IMG/VR virus record: IMGVR_UViG_3300005253_000045
Coordinates: 11,629-75,628 of that record
Reading direction: 5' to 3' (one strand)
Origin: a virus
Length of the DNA: 64,000 bases
The notes beneath the pieces are model-generated. The model was not told the DNA's origin. It worked only from the letters and a program-made list of their open reading frames with translations, and ran no database searches. This document shows, piece after piece, positions 28,748 to 38,673 of the stretch (positions within the stretch are counted from its first letter, which is position 1; each line of letters opens with the position of its first letter). The translations under genes were made by a program, and so were the position numbers.

Positions 28748-29713
28748 TTACGCACACTCCTTATGGTCAAGGAGACCACCACACTTCTCGCAGACACCGG
28801 CCTCTTCGCAGGCCGCCGCATATTGCTCCTCAAAGCTCTCTAATGCTGCCTTATTGTCGCTTATCCTGCCCTTCAGCTCGTCGACAGAGCGCTGGGCATC
28901 CGGTAGGCGTCGAGTGATTTCCTGCACACTGGCCGCTCTCTCTAGGCCCGCGGCCGCAAGGTCAAGCTGTTCCCTCAGCGGGGCAACGTCGACCGCCACG
29001 GCCCGGGAGCGTACCTCCGCTATCAGGTCATCAAGCTCCTGGGCCCGGCGGACGAGGGTCATACTGTCTTCGATTGTTTGGAGGTTCTCGGCTACTGTAT
29101 CAGCTCGAGCCTCCAGTGCCTCGTAGTCTGGGATAGAGGCCAGGCCCGCCTCTACTCCATCGAGTTCTGATGATGCTGTCTCGGCCTCCCTGTGCGCCTG
29201 GTCACGTTCCTTCTTGCACGCCATTTGAGCAGTAACAACAGTATCAAGCCGTGTCGCCTTACCCAGGATACGAGCACGCTTGCTGCCTGTCTCATAGATA
29301 ATAAAAGGGGCATCAAACTGGTCGGAAAGTTGTGGTGTAATGTCACTAGTAGCATCGATGTTGATAAGACCGACGCCGAGCACCGAGGCAATCTCCTCTG
29401 GTACATTACCTCCCGTCTTGGTGAACTCTTTCTCCCCAAGGCGATAGCAACCCCCCTGCTTCTGCTTCTTCCACCATTCGATAACCGTACCGTCCTCTAG
29501 GGTGAGAGCTACCTCTGTCTGTTTCTCCCCATGGCGAATATCCTCGTCGCTGGCATCATTCAAACAGAGGGCGCGGAAGGCCCGGAGTATGGCGCTTTTT
29601 CCCGCATCACCAGGCCCCACCAAAACTGTGAGATGGCCCAACTCAATAGTAGCGTCAGCTACAGATTGGAAGTTTTTGACTGTGAGTGACTTGACGGGCG
29701 AGTAGCTAGGCAC
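28748..29713 (-). CDS. SbcC/Rad50 N-terminal half ending at zinc hook
   Basis: KNFQS, Walker A GPGDAGKS, coiled coil, CEKCG. Confidence 0.88.
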   Translation of the reverse strand: MPSYSPVKSLTVKNFQSVADATIELGHLTVLVGPGDAGKSAILRAFRALCLNDASDEDIRHGEKQTEVALTLEDGTVIEWWKKQKQGGCYRLGEKEFTKTGGNVPEEIASVLGVGLINIDATSDITPQLSDQFDAPFIIYETGSKRARILGKATRLDTVVTAQMACKKERDQAHREAETASSELDGVEAGLASIPDYEALEARADTVAENLQTIEDSMTLVRRAQELDDLIAEVRSRAVAVDVAPLREQLDLAAAGLERAASVQEITRRLPDAQRSVDELKGRISDNKAALESFEEQYAAACEEAGVCEKCGGLLDHKECA

Positions 29714-30740
29714 TTGGGTGGCCCCCCTTCAAGATTTCCCCGAGGGCGTCTAGTATCTCAGGATGTTCCTCGAGCTGCGCCTCGAAGTCGTCGCGGCGGA
29801 AGGGTTTGTTCTTCTCCCCGAATCGATACCAGCCCCCCGAGTGGGTAATGGCGCCCCGCTCTTGCAGTACGTCTAGGGCAGACCCAAAGAAGTCGGGGCC
29901 AGTCGCATCATAGAAGTCAAACTGTCGGGAGAAATCCTTACGGGTACAGGTCTTACAGTCCGCCACGGTGCAGCCCGCTATCCGTGTATCAATCAGGGTG
30001 GCAAGGATGTGGTGACCAATAGGACTGGTTGGGTCATCCCCAAACTTAGTCTTCTCCTGAAGGCGGATGGTGGTCATGGCAGCGTGGCCCAACGGGTCTT
30101 CCCCCAACCAGCTAGGTGCAGGGGCGCCCCAGGCGCCCAGGTTAATCTTCTGGCGGGGCTGAGTGGTGACCACCAGGGCGATACGCTGCCGGTTCACAAG
30201 GTTGCTCATGACCCGAAGTTCTCGCTTGATGAGAATGGCCTGGGCGCCTAGCCCCTGCTTCTTACCCTCAACTTCCTTCGCCATGGGGGCTCCCGCTATG
30301 GAGTCCAGTACGATAACGATACTTTCATCGTCCGTAAACTCATTGCGTGCGGCATGAATCATTGCCTTCACTCCATCAAAGGCTTCCTCTAGCGTATCGG
30401 GTTGGGCAATGATGAGCTTATCGATGTTGACACCTAGCTTCTCCGCCCGGTCGAAGTTGAGCCGGCCTTCTGTGTCGAAGATAACGGCCTGGCCTCCCGT
30501 CGCCTGGGTCTCGGCCAGGATGTTCAGGCAGATGGTACTCTTCCCAGACCCGTAGGCTCCTATGAAGAGCGTGATGCCCCCCATAGGGATGCCCGGCTTA
30601 CCAATGAGGTAGTCCAGGGTCGGGTTCCTCGTACTGACGTAACCTGTGGGTTCGGCGATGATAGGACCGTCCTTGCCCAACTGAACCGTCAGGTCAGCGT
30701 CCTCCTGGAGGCGTTTGACTACTGCCTTGGGGTCGGACAC
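29706..30740 (-). CDS. recA: RecA-like recombinase
   Basis: GAYGSGKST, DTE, QPDTLEE, VLDSIA. Confidence 0.92.
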   Translation of the reverse strand: MSDPKAVVKRLQEDADLTVQLGKDGPIIAEPTGYVSTRNPTLDYLIGKPGIPMGGITLFIGAYGSGKSTICLNILAETQATGGQAVIFDTEGRLNFDRAEKLGVNIDKLIIAQPDTLEEAFDGVKAMIHAARNEFTDDESIVIVLDSIAGAPMAKEVEGKKQGLGAQAILIKRELRVMSNLVNRQRIALVVTTQPRQKINLGAWGAPAPSWLGEDPLGHAAMTTIRLQEKTKFGDDPTSPIGHHILATLIDTRIAGCTVADCKTCTRKDFSRQFDFYDATGPDFFGSALDVLQERGAITHSGGWYRFGEKNKPFRRDDFEAQLEEHPEILDALGEILKGGHPSA

Positions 30741-30743
30741 TGG

Positions 30744-31772
30744 CTACTCCTTAGCCTGGTTCTTACGAAGGCGGGCGATAGCGGCCGCCGGGTCACTCTT
30801 TGGGGGGATGGTCGAAGCACGGGCGTCGCCTTTTTCTTCCCCCTCATTGGAACCATCATCGATGACGGTGGACTCCGGCGGGGCTGACTCCGGCTCGCCG
30901 CCCTCCTCCTCTTCTTCCTCTGCACCACCAAAGCGGTTCTGTTCGACCGGCGCCGTTGCAGTCTCGGTAATCTGAGGGGCTGCTGGCGGTGGCGCGATTG
31001 CCACGGCTCCTGTGGCGCGGCCTTCGATAGTAGCCATCATCTCTGTGGGCTCGAGGATTGTCACGACCTCTGTGAGATTGACCAATCCTTCCTCAAGCAA
31101 CTTGCTGGTGCCGGGGAATGGACTTGGGTCGGCGACAGAGAACTTGAGATGCTGCACCTCATAGTCCCCCGACGTCTCATCCTTGGCCTTAATGAGTAGG
31201 TCTCGGCCGGTCACGACATTCGAGATGTCCCCATACTTCCTGAAGAACTCGAACAGCGGGAGCTCACTCTCCTCGTCAGGGTCGTACTCAACACCTCGCC
31301 TACCGAGGAACTGAAGTTGGTTTAACCCCAGGAGATAGACCTTCGCCTCATCCTCGCCCTCTTTGATGACGAGCTCCCCCTTCTTGTCGATGTGTACGAC
31401 GTTGAGGAACGTACGGATGGATGCGCGGAGCTGTCGTGACTCTGCCTCGGCGCCCGCGTCATGTAGCTCCCAGCGGAGAACACAGGCCGGGCACTCACCA
31501 ATCTGGGCCTCCTTCAAGCACACCACTATGCGGTTGCTCGGGCCTAGGTAGTGGACGGGTACGATTTGGTAAGGGTTCTCCCACTCCGGGCGCTTCGGGC
31601 AGATGCGCCGGAAGTTGAGAATGTACTTCTTGGGGTCTGATTCCAGCTTATCCCAGGCCTTCCCGTCTGCCTGTAGCTCATTGATGAGCTTCTGGGTAGA
31701 ATCCAAGTTTATCTCGGAATCCCATGCGCTCAGGTCGTTCACGACTTCTTGAGCCTTAGCCTTAGTTACCAC
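30744..31772 (-). CDS. ssDNA-binding protein (gp32-like)
   Basis: VH..VCL..CPAC Zn site, GDI..GRDL, acidic tail. Confidence 0.75.
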   Translation of the reverse strand: MVTKAKAQEVVNDLSAWDSEINLDSTQKLINELQADGKAWDKLESDPKKYILNFRRICPKRPEWENPYQIVPVHYLGPSNRIVVCLKEAQIGECPACVLRWELHDAGAEAESRQLRASIRTFLNVVHIDKKGELVIKEGEDEAKVYLLGLNQLQFLGRRGVEYDPDEESELPLFEFFRKYGDISNVVTGRDLLIKAKDETSGDYEVQHLKFSVADPSPFPGTSKLLEEGLVNLTEVVTILEPTEMMATIEGRATGAVAIAPPPAAPQITETATAPVEQNRFGGAEEEEEEGGEPESAPPESTVIDDGSNEGEEKGDARASTIPPKSDPAAAIARLRKNQAKE

Positions 31773-32739
31773 TATGTGCCTCCTTCATTGCCTCTATTCC
31801 AAGTTGATGGGTGACAGGACGCGCAGATTGTATTGCGTCCAAAATGTTCGTGTCTGTGGCCGAGTCCGGGTCGACGCCATCGGGTAGGTTTGCTATCTTC
31901 ACGTCCAACATCGCCTCACTGAGGGCCTTAGCGTCCTTAATTGCCGCATCGCGTCCAGCATCATCGGCGTCTCTAAGAAGTACAACGTATCGGGGCTTCA
32001 AACGTTTCACTAGATTGCGTTGCAGCTCTGTGACGTGTGCGCCCAACGTAGCTACTGCCTCACCGTACCCCGCCCTCCACATCCGCATCGCATCGAAGAC
32101 ACCCTCGACAAGTATGATGTCTTGCCAGCGGCTCCTATGAGTGATGAGCTGGTCGTAACCAAACAGCGCCCGCTCTGCCTGACTACCGGCCGGCATCAAT
32201 ACCTTCTTCTTCGCGTCGTTCAACCATGAGCGGGCGACGAAGGTGCGCATCGCGCCCTGTGTAAACACGGGAATGATAACCCTATGCTTGTAGTACCCCG
32301 TTAAGCAGAAGCCTATCCCCTCATACACCGCCCGAGTCAAGTCTACTCCCCGACTCTCAAGATACTGAGCCGCACTAGTGCCCCGACCAGCTAGGTCTGT
32401 GGTCAGCGGAAAGAACCCCTTAGGCAGGGAGACAGTCGCCGCCGGCGCCGGGCGGGAGACGATGAGACCAGGTACCTGCTTCTTCCCCGCCAGAAGGGAC
32501 ATCTCTGTGGGGTACGCCTCATTCGCCGGCATCTCGCAGACGTTGAGGAGGAGGTCACGGAGGCCACCACGTTCGTCACATTTGAAACACAACCACGCCC
32601 CTGTGTCCGCGGCGATGTAGAGCTTCCGCTCTTCGGAGAAGCATAGGGGGCAGGCAACTACCAGCTCCGTCTCGTTCTCCGCCAAGGCGACACTGAGGTC
32701 GTGGTCTTCTAGGATGTCAATGAGCGCCTTAGTGTTCAT
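31762..32739 (-). CDS. DNA primase
   Basis: CPLC..CFKC; TOPRIM VEGVFD, DADDAG, DP. Confidence 0.92.
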   Translation of the reverse strand: MNTKALIDILEDHDLSVALAENETELVVACPLCFSEERKLYIAADTGAWLCFKCDERGGLRDLLLNVCEMPANEAYPTEMSLLAGKKQVPGLIVSRPAPAATVSLPKGFFPLTTDLAGRGTSAAQYLESRGVDLTRAVYEGIGFCLTGYYKHRVIIPVFTQGAMRTFVARSWLNDAKKKVLMPAGSQAERALFGYDQLITHRSRWQDIILVEGVFDAMRMWRAGYGEAVATLGAHVTELQRNLVKRLKPRYVVLLRDADDAGRDAAIKDAKALSEAMLDVKIANLPDGVDPDSATDTNILDAIQSARPVTHQLGIEAMKEAHSGN

Positions 32740-32875
32740 GTGACTCGATTTCCGTATCGTCGTTCATGCTCGTCTAGGTCGTACGCCATAAATATAGCGC
32801 ACACTTGTTCGTAGCCTATAATAACAGGGTGCTGGTCTTTCAGACGCCCACAACACTTGCACCATTTGGCGTATC

Positions 32876-34171
32876 TCATTCGTTAAAGTCATCGAACGAC
32901 GGGTTGTAGGTGAAGCCAGGCCAACCTCTATTTCCCCTCCCGAACTTCGTAGTGTACCGAGACCACTGCCCCTTCGACCCATGGACAGTATCTTTCAAAA
33001 TCCATAGCTTAACTACCGGCCCCAACGGGTCATCGCGTTCGTCGGGGGTCTGACTCATACCAAGGCAGAGGTGCGCCTTCTGGGCTTTAGCGAATGCGTC
33101 ACCAATGTACTTGAGGCTAATCTTGGCCTTCTCTACAGCATCCTTATTGAGCTGCACGGTTGTCCAGACAGGATAGCCTAGCCCCTGACAGACGTTGATA
33201 CGAAGGTCTCGGTAGATTTCCTTGTACCCCTCGTAGGACTTAGAGTACTGACGGCTTGGGGACAGGTCATCGGCTGAGTCAAGTAGCACCAGGTCAATGT
33301 CCTCCGTCTCCAGCCGGCGCTCAAGGTCAGCGACAGTATGGATGTTGGAGCCATCATCGATGACAAGGGAGCCCTTGTCAATCTGCTTCTTCTCCCGGAA
33401 AGCCATCAAATCGTCGACGATAGTAGCTGGATTAAGTTCCTGCTTTGGTATCTCAAAGAGTCCGGTCAGGATACGCTCGGCGACTTGGGTCTTAGTCAAC
33501 TCATACGTGAAGTACAGTACCCTCTTGTTGTGGAAGTAGGCCGATGCTGCGAGGTGGCAGAGGAGCATACTTTTTCCAAGATTAGTGTCGCCGGCCGCCA
33601 GAGCTAGTTCCCCCGGGTAGACCCCACCCTCCCAGGCCGCATCAATTCGTTCTATACCCGTAGGGCAGGCATCCTCCTCTGTAGGCCGAGCCGCCAGCAG
33701 CTCCCCGAGACGTTCGTCTGCCAGACTGACGGGAGGTTCTGCCTCCGCCTCTCCCGTCACCTCCCGTAGGTTAAGGAGCTCGGTGAATGCCGACGTCCGG
33801 TCGCCGGCGACAAGGGCAGACCGCGCCCGGTCTAGTGCCATGCCGATGTGATAGTCCTGTATCCACTCCTCGGCCGCGGCCCATGCTGACTCCCGGCTTG
33901 AGTCAGTGATAGGGTAGGCCGCTGCGATGTCGCTGTATATCTTGAGGTACTCTTCATGGAGGTCGGGGTCTTCTACCCCGCTGTCCACCCAGTAGAGAAA
34001 AGCCGGGTAGTCCATGAGCTTCTTGTACAGGTCCCAGTGCTCTAGGGCCGCGGCTAACAGGAACCTCAGCGGGCCCCGGGATAGGGAGGAGGGCACGAGG
34101 GTACTCCTCCACTTCTCCAGGAATGTGGAGTCGGAGAGTACTAGGCTCATCGTCCAGAAGAGGCCAGTTAT
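32876..34171 (-). CDS. DnaB-like replicative helicase
   Basis: GDTNLGKS, YFTYEL, LLDSAD, VQLN; start at ATA 34171 or ATG 34150. Confidence 0.9.
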   Translation of the reverse strand: MTGLFWTMSLVLSDSTFLEKWRSTLVPSSLSRGPLRFLLAAALEHWDLYKKLMDYPAFLYWVDSGVEDPDLHEEYLKIYSDIAAAYPITDSSRESAWAAAEEWIQDYHIGMALDRARSALVAGDRTSAFTELLNLREVTGEAEAEPPVSLADERLGELLAARPTEEDACPTGIERIDAAWEGGVYPGELALAAGDTNLGKSMLLCHLAASAYFHNKRVLYFTYELTKTQVAERILTGLFEIPKQELNPATIVDDLMAFREKKQIDKGSLVIDDGSNIHTVADLERRLETEDIDLVLLDSADDLSPSRQYSKSYEGYKEIYRDLRINVCQGLGYPVWTTVQLNKDAVEKAKISLKYIGDAFAKAQKAHLCLGMSQTPDERDDPLGPVVKLWILKDTVHGSKGQWSRYTTKFGRGNRGWPGFTYNPSFDDFNE

Positions 34172-34545
34172 GAGGATACCCCCGGGGCATCGGCGCAGTA
34201 CCAGCCGTAGCCACAGTGTTGTGGATGCGCCTTGCTTCGCTGTCGTCGCATCATTACGCTCTCGCTTGGTGTGCCACATTTAGTACAGTTAGACACCTCC
34301 ATAACAGCCCCACCTGTGTTAGGATAGTCAGTCATAGAGTGTTCGCTGCCATCGGGACATTTATAGTCTCGAACAGGTGTTTTCGGTGGCAGGTCAGGCG
34401 TTTCGTTTCGCTCTGTACACGCATGTACATGAGATTGTAGCGCGTAGGCGTCGGCTAGTTCCATTACGTCCCCCCTGCTACCAGTACCAGTAACTTTGGT
34501 CACCGTTCTGTCCAGCGCCGCCCGCGCCTCTTCAATCTTGCTCAT
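34168..34545 (-). CDS. Hypothetical Cys-containing protein
   Basis: SD GGAGG; coupled. Confidence 0.55.
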   Translation of the reverse strand: MSKIEEARAALDRTVTKVTGTGSRGDVMELADAYALQSHVHACTERNETPDLPPKTPVRDYKCPDGSEHSMTDYPNTGGAVMEVSNCTKCGTPSESVMMRRQRSKAHPQHCGYGWYCADAPGVSS

Positions 34546-34895
34546 CGCGCCTCCCCCAATAGGCTCCCGCCCGATTGCTTCAGCTTGATGGAGAAAAAAA
34601 TTAGGGAAGATTCGTAGTCCGTCGTTCGGAACTCCTCGCCATGGTCTAGGCGGCAGGCACGGGCCTGAGCCTTCAACTCACGCACAGTGTACTTCTTAAG
34701 AAGCTGCCTCGCTACCCGCATCTCAATAGCTGTCCGTGTGAAGGGTACCCCCATCTTCTCGCACTCCCCCGCCCAGATGTCGAGGAACTGGAGGTGTGGG
34801 GGCTGCTCTCCGGCCCCAGCCTCCGCCACAGCGACGTCCTCGCGGACCCTAAGGCTGAAGCGATGGCCTCCGTCTGAGACAGTAAGCGTCTTCAC
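34542..34895 (-). CDS. Hypothetical protein
   Basis: Coupled ORF. Confidence 0.55.
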   Translation of the reverse strand: MKTLTVSDGGHRFSLRVREDVAVAEAGAGEQPPHLQFLDIWAGECEKMGVPFTRTAIEMRVARQLLKKYTVRELKAQARACRLDHGEEFRTTDYESSLIFFSIKLKQSGGSLLGEAR

Positions 34896-34896
34896 A

Positions 34897-35391
34897 CTAG
34901 CTCTTCTTAGCTGCCTTGCGTGGCGGAGCCTTCGCCTTTTGGTAGGGGCAGGTACTGTGCTTCTCCCAATCAGACATCTCGCCGCAGTCGGCGCAGTATA
35001 TGTGACTGTGTTCCTCTATTGAAGCGGTGTAGATGTCATCACCAGAGTCTTCATCCGCCTCCTGGAAGTAGAGGTCGGATACCCGGAAGTGCCGCCTGTC
35101 CGAGGGGAAGGTATCCCCCTCGGCCTGGACGGTGAAGATGATGTCTGCCTCGGGCTTACATACCAGGCAGTAGCCCTCATTCCGCCGGTCGGTTACAACA
35201 GATACGACATCCCCTGTACGGTCTGTGTAGACCACCACCGTAGGTACACTCGTTAGATACTCGAGTAGGAAGAGACCGCCGCATCCTGCACAGGATTTAC
35301 TAGGCGGGGGGGCCGCGATGCCAGTGGGGATGTCACGATAAGAACTCAATGGCTCCGTGATGACAGCTTTTCTCTTGAGTGGGTTTTTCAC
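34897..35391 (-). CDS. Hypothetical Zn-finger protein
   Basis: Three CxxC; SD AGGAGG. Confidence 0.6.
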   Translation of the reverse strand: MKNPLKRKAVITEPLSSYRDIPTGIAAPPPSKSCAGCGGLFLLEYLTSVPTVVVYTDRTGDVVSVVTDRRNEGYCLVCKPEADIIFTVQAEGDTFPSDRRHFRVSDLYFQEADEDSGDDIYTASIEEHSHIYCADCGEMSDWEKHSTCPYQKAKAPPRKAAKKS

Positions 35392-35427
35392 GATGCAGTC
35401 CTCCTGCTAGTCTCTCAATGCTTGTTC

Positions 35428-35456
35428 AGTGTACTGTATTTGAGGTCGTCGCGCAA
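35428..35456 (-). promoter_or_regulatory. sigma70-type promoter
   Basis: TTGCGC-17-TACACT in an intergenic gap. Confidence 0.55.
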
Positions 35457-35561
35457 GTACTGCGGCCACATCAAAATCTCACGCGCTAGGTTGGTCAGTT
35501 GTAGTCCGAGCATTAGATGAAAGTCTATAGAAACCCAGACTAGATAGCAAAAGGGTTCATG

Positions 35562-35894
35562 TTACCAGTCCTCGCTACACTCTTTGTCCCGATGATTCAT
35601 CATGCAGTGGTCGGAGCAGATGGGCGTGCCACACAGACATTCGTCTCCGTCGTCCTGGTAGTACTCATCACCACACCACCCACAAAGCACTCTGATGTCC
35701 TCCTCTGCTCGATGCCATTGAAGTATAACCGTTGGCTCAAACAGGGCGCCAGGCTTATCCCGGCCGCTACAGCGAGCGAAGCCTTTCTCCTCTAGCGCCC
35801 TGAGGGTCACCAACGGCTCTTGTAGCTGGTAGGCAGTCTGCCCCCGCTTCCCGAGCTTGGCCAGTACACGCTTCTGTGCCTTTGTGAGCTGCAT
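35562..35894 (-). CDS. wHTH plus Zn-finger protein
   Basis: MQLTKAQKRVL..TLRALEEKG; Cys cluster. Confidence 0.6.
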   Translation of the reverse strand: MQLTKAQKRVLAKLGKRGQTAYQLQEPLVTLRALEEKGFARCSGRDKPGALFEPTVILQWHRAEEDIRVLCGWCGDEYYQDDGDECLCGTPICSDHCMMNHRDKECSEDW

Positions 35895-36838
35895 TAGTCC
35901 TCCTCCTCTATCCTCAACGTTGTAGCATGGAAAACATTACCCATAGCGTAGTCTCCTTGCTGCCTGGCGGAGGATGAGAGCCCCGGACAGTAGCATTGGC
36001 TTCTCATCCTCCCGAGCATGGTACTCACGGGCTCCAGCCCACACCTCTAGCGTAGTAGCTAGCTCATCTGATGTGAGGTCTCTACCAAGGCTGATGTGTG
36101 CGGCTTGGTCTAGGGTCAGCACAGTGGCTTGAGCACTCATGGGCAGCAGATGAGGGGGCAGTTGTCGCAGGCGGCGCAGCAGTGGTTGCAGCCCTCATAC
36201 AGGCACAGCCAATCGTAAGGACATCCAAACAGGCGATGCCATAGTCTTCTCATCATACCTTCACCTCCAGTACTGCTGTTCCCTTCACGAATGCCTTAGG
36301 ATGGAGTAACGCCCACCAACGCCTCCAAGCCCTGTTATGGCCCTTGCTAGGGCGAGACTGCACATCGTTTTGGGCCTGCTGCGGTGTAAGGACTTCTGAC
36401 GTCTGGCTGTGCGGGGGTCAAAGTGTTTCATGGGGCCCCCCATACTAGGAACCCTGTTCCAAAGCCTAGTATCCACATGAATACGCCTAAGGTAAGGGTT
36501 AGCTGTCCGTCGTCGTCCATTCAGTCTCCCTCCTTGTCTAAGGCATTCTCGAATCTCTCTATCCATTCAGACATGAAGCGTTGGTGTTGGGCCAGGGCTT
36601 CAGTTAGGAATGAGCTGGAGTGACGCATAGTCTCGGCGGACGCCTGTATGGAGCTGGCGGCATTCCTAACCTGCTCTGCTCCAACTAGGTGAACGAAGTT
36701 CTCCATCTGTCCTCCTTTATCTGTTGTGGGTTACTCGTGGTTTCCCGCGTCTTTCTGAGCCTAATGACGAGTGAGTGACTGGGGGTTATAGGGCTACTAT
36801 ACAAGCTCTCTCACACTCAACACCCCCACTAAAGCAAA

Positions 36839-36864
36839 GTCACCCACAATATATTGTGGGTGAC
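36839..36864. repeat. Perfect 26-bp palindrome
   Basis: GTCACCCACAATATATTGTGGGTGAC. Confidence 0.9.
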
Positions 36865-36867
36865 ACC

Positions 36868-37146
36868 CTATTGTATGGTACACCCGTATTTCCTGCGCTC
36901 TGCTGTACGCATACGGTGGCAGTTGGAGCAGACTAGCTCGCATTTCTCGAGCTCCTCTGCTATCTCCTTCCAAGACGCTATGGGCAGCATCCTTCCGATT
37001 GCCTCTCGCTTTCCCCACATATGGTCGAAGTCGAATACCTCTGGGTAGCCTGGGAAGGTAGCCCCACAGTCTTTACAGGAGCCTCCCATTACTTCCACGG
37101 CCATTTTCTTTCGGCGCTGTCGTTTTTGAGTTAGGGTCTCTTCCAT
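36868..37146 (-). CDS. HNH endonuclease
   Basis: CKDCG..FDFDH..CELVCSNCHR. Confidence 0.85.
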   Translation of the reverse strand: MEETLTQKRQRRKKMAVEVMGGSCKDCGATFPGYPEVFDFDHMWGKREAIGRMLPIASWKEIAEELEKCELVCSNCHRMRTAERRKYGCTIQ

Positions 37147-37409
37147 TATACGTTGGGCTCCGGCGTCCCTGTGTCCTCCGGTATGGTGGGGGGCTCTTCC
37201 GCCTCTACCTCTTCTGGCACCCACACGTCTACTGCGGCGAGGCGTTCCCCCGGAGCACTGGCCTTGATGCAGACAATACCGCCGGCGTCGATGACACCGC
37301 CCTTCTCCAACGCCTCATTGACGGCATCGGAGAGACCAGCGGCGCTGATGTCGCCGGCGAAAAAAATCTCAAGATTCAGCGTTTGGTCTACTGTCTGGAC
37401 GTGCTTCAT
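37146..37409 (-). CDS. Hypothetical protein
   Basis: MKHVQTV start after GAAAGGA. Confidence 0.5.
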   Translation of the reverse strand: MKHVQTVDQTLNLEIFFAGDISAAGLSDAVNEALEKGGVIDAGGIVCIKASAPGERLAAVDVWVPEEVEAEEPPTIPEDTGTPEPNV

Positions 37410-37810
37410 CGGTCTTTCCTTTCTCCTGACAGGCTGTGCAGAACAGCTTGCGTTCAACTAGGTGGCCCGGGCAGTCGGGAGAGCTCGGGCACCTCACGTA
37501 CCCCTGACATGAGGGGTCTGTTAGCTCGTCTATGTTGGTGAGTTGCGTGCGCCAGTCCTTGAAGGTTGTTGGGCACTCATCTGCGGGGACGCCGCATGTT
37601 GAGCAGTAGGCGAGGAGCTCTTGTTGCTCTGTCATGCGTCACCTAGTACTGCTACATCCTTGCAGTTCTCGCAGGCATCTCGGTCGTCTAGGAACTCATC
37701 GGTATCCTCTGAGGTTACGTCATCGCTGAGTTCTACTAGCACGTAGCCTACCGGTAGATTGCATAGTGTGAGCGTCCGGTCGTACTGGTTTTCGGCCCAG
37801 TGTAGTGTAC

Positions 37811-38176
37811 TCATTCAGGCGCCTCCAAGCATTCTATCCGACGCATTACCTCGGCCCACGCCGCCGTGAGAAACGGGCCTAGGACAAATGCGAAGACCCA
37901 GGCGACGGCCGGCAGCTCACTTGGTGCGACGATGAGGGCGGTGATGAGAGCCCCCCAGGTGACGACGAAGGCTATCTCTGTACCGAAGCATAGCCGGCAC
38001 GACAGCCCGGCGTAGAAGAGTTTGAAGGCTGAGCCAGCGCCATTCCTGTACTTCTTGAAGAGACGATTTCGTAGAGGCTCAAACAGCGAGCCGTCGCTGA
38101 TGACTCGGGTGAGCTGCCACGTCACCATGCCTAGGGCTAGAGTTCCGGCGAAGATAGCTACGAGGTGTTCAATCAC
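37811..38176 (-). CDS. DUF1360-like membrane protein
   Basis: LTRVISD..FEPLR..LSCRLCFG plus TM helices. Confidence 0.65.
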   Translation of the reverse strand: MIEHLVAIFAGTLALGMVTWQLTRVISDGSLFEPLRNRLFKKYRNGAGSAFKLFYAGLSCRLCFGTEIAFVVTWGALITALIVAPSELPAVAWVFAFVLGPFLTAAWAEVMRRIECLEAPE

Positions 38177-38504
38177 CTGTTGGTACCTCCTCCTCTAGCG
38201 GTACGGGCTCGTACTCCTCGGCTAGCTCCTGCGCAATCATGTCGCCCCCCCAGTACACCTCTAAGCCTGCTTGGCGGGGCTCGCCCGGCACCTGGCGCAG
38301 GCGTCCCAGCATCGACTGGAACTCTGGTACGTACTCTGCTAGCACCCGGTCGCCTGTGATGTCGAACATCTCATCGTCGTCATCGGTGAAGTGGCGGGCG
38401 GTGAACCATTTGCAGCGGTAGTCCCCGTCTGTGTAGTAGAGGACGGCGACGCCCTGACTGCGCTTGCGCTCGACTTCCGATAGTGTTGGTTCGCCTAGTA
38501 TCAT
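38169..38504 (-). CDS. Hypothetical acidic protein
   Basis: Coupled ORF. Confidence 0.55.
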   Translation of the reverse strand: MILGEPTLSEVERKRSQGVAVLYYTDGDYRCKWFTARHFTDDDDEMFDITGDRVLAEYVPEFQSMLGRLRQVPGEPRQAGLEVYWGGDMIAQELAEEYEPVPLEEEVPTGD

Positions 38505-38673
38505 GCTTCCCTCTCATCCTCTCGCCGGATTACCTTATGTTCGATGTAGGTCCAGATGACACTTCCGATGTTGTGCTCAAGGCAAAGGTCTACCAGAGTG
38601 CCTCCGCTGGTTTGTGTGATTATCTGGCAGCCGCATCTTGCCTTGCCGCTTGATTGCGGGAAGAAGATGGTGT

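Noticed and set aside
22382-34171. Inteins or introns in polA, recA or helicase
   Set aside because: Lengths are normal, motifs are contiguous, and no intein terminal signatures were seen
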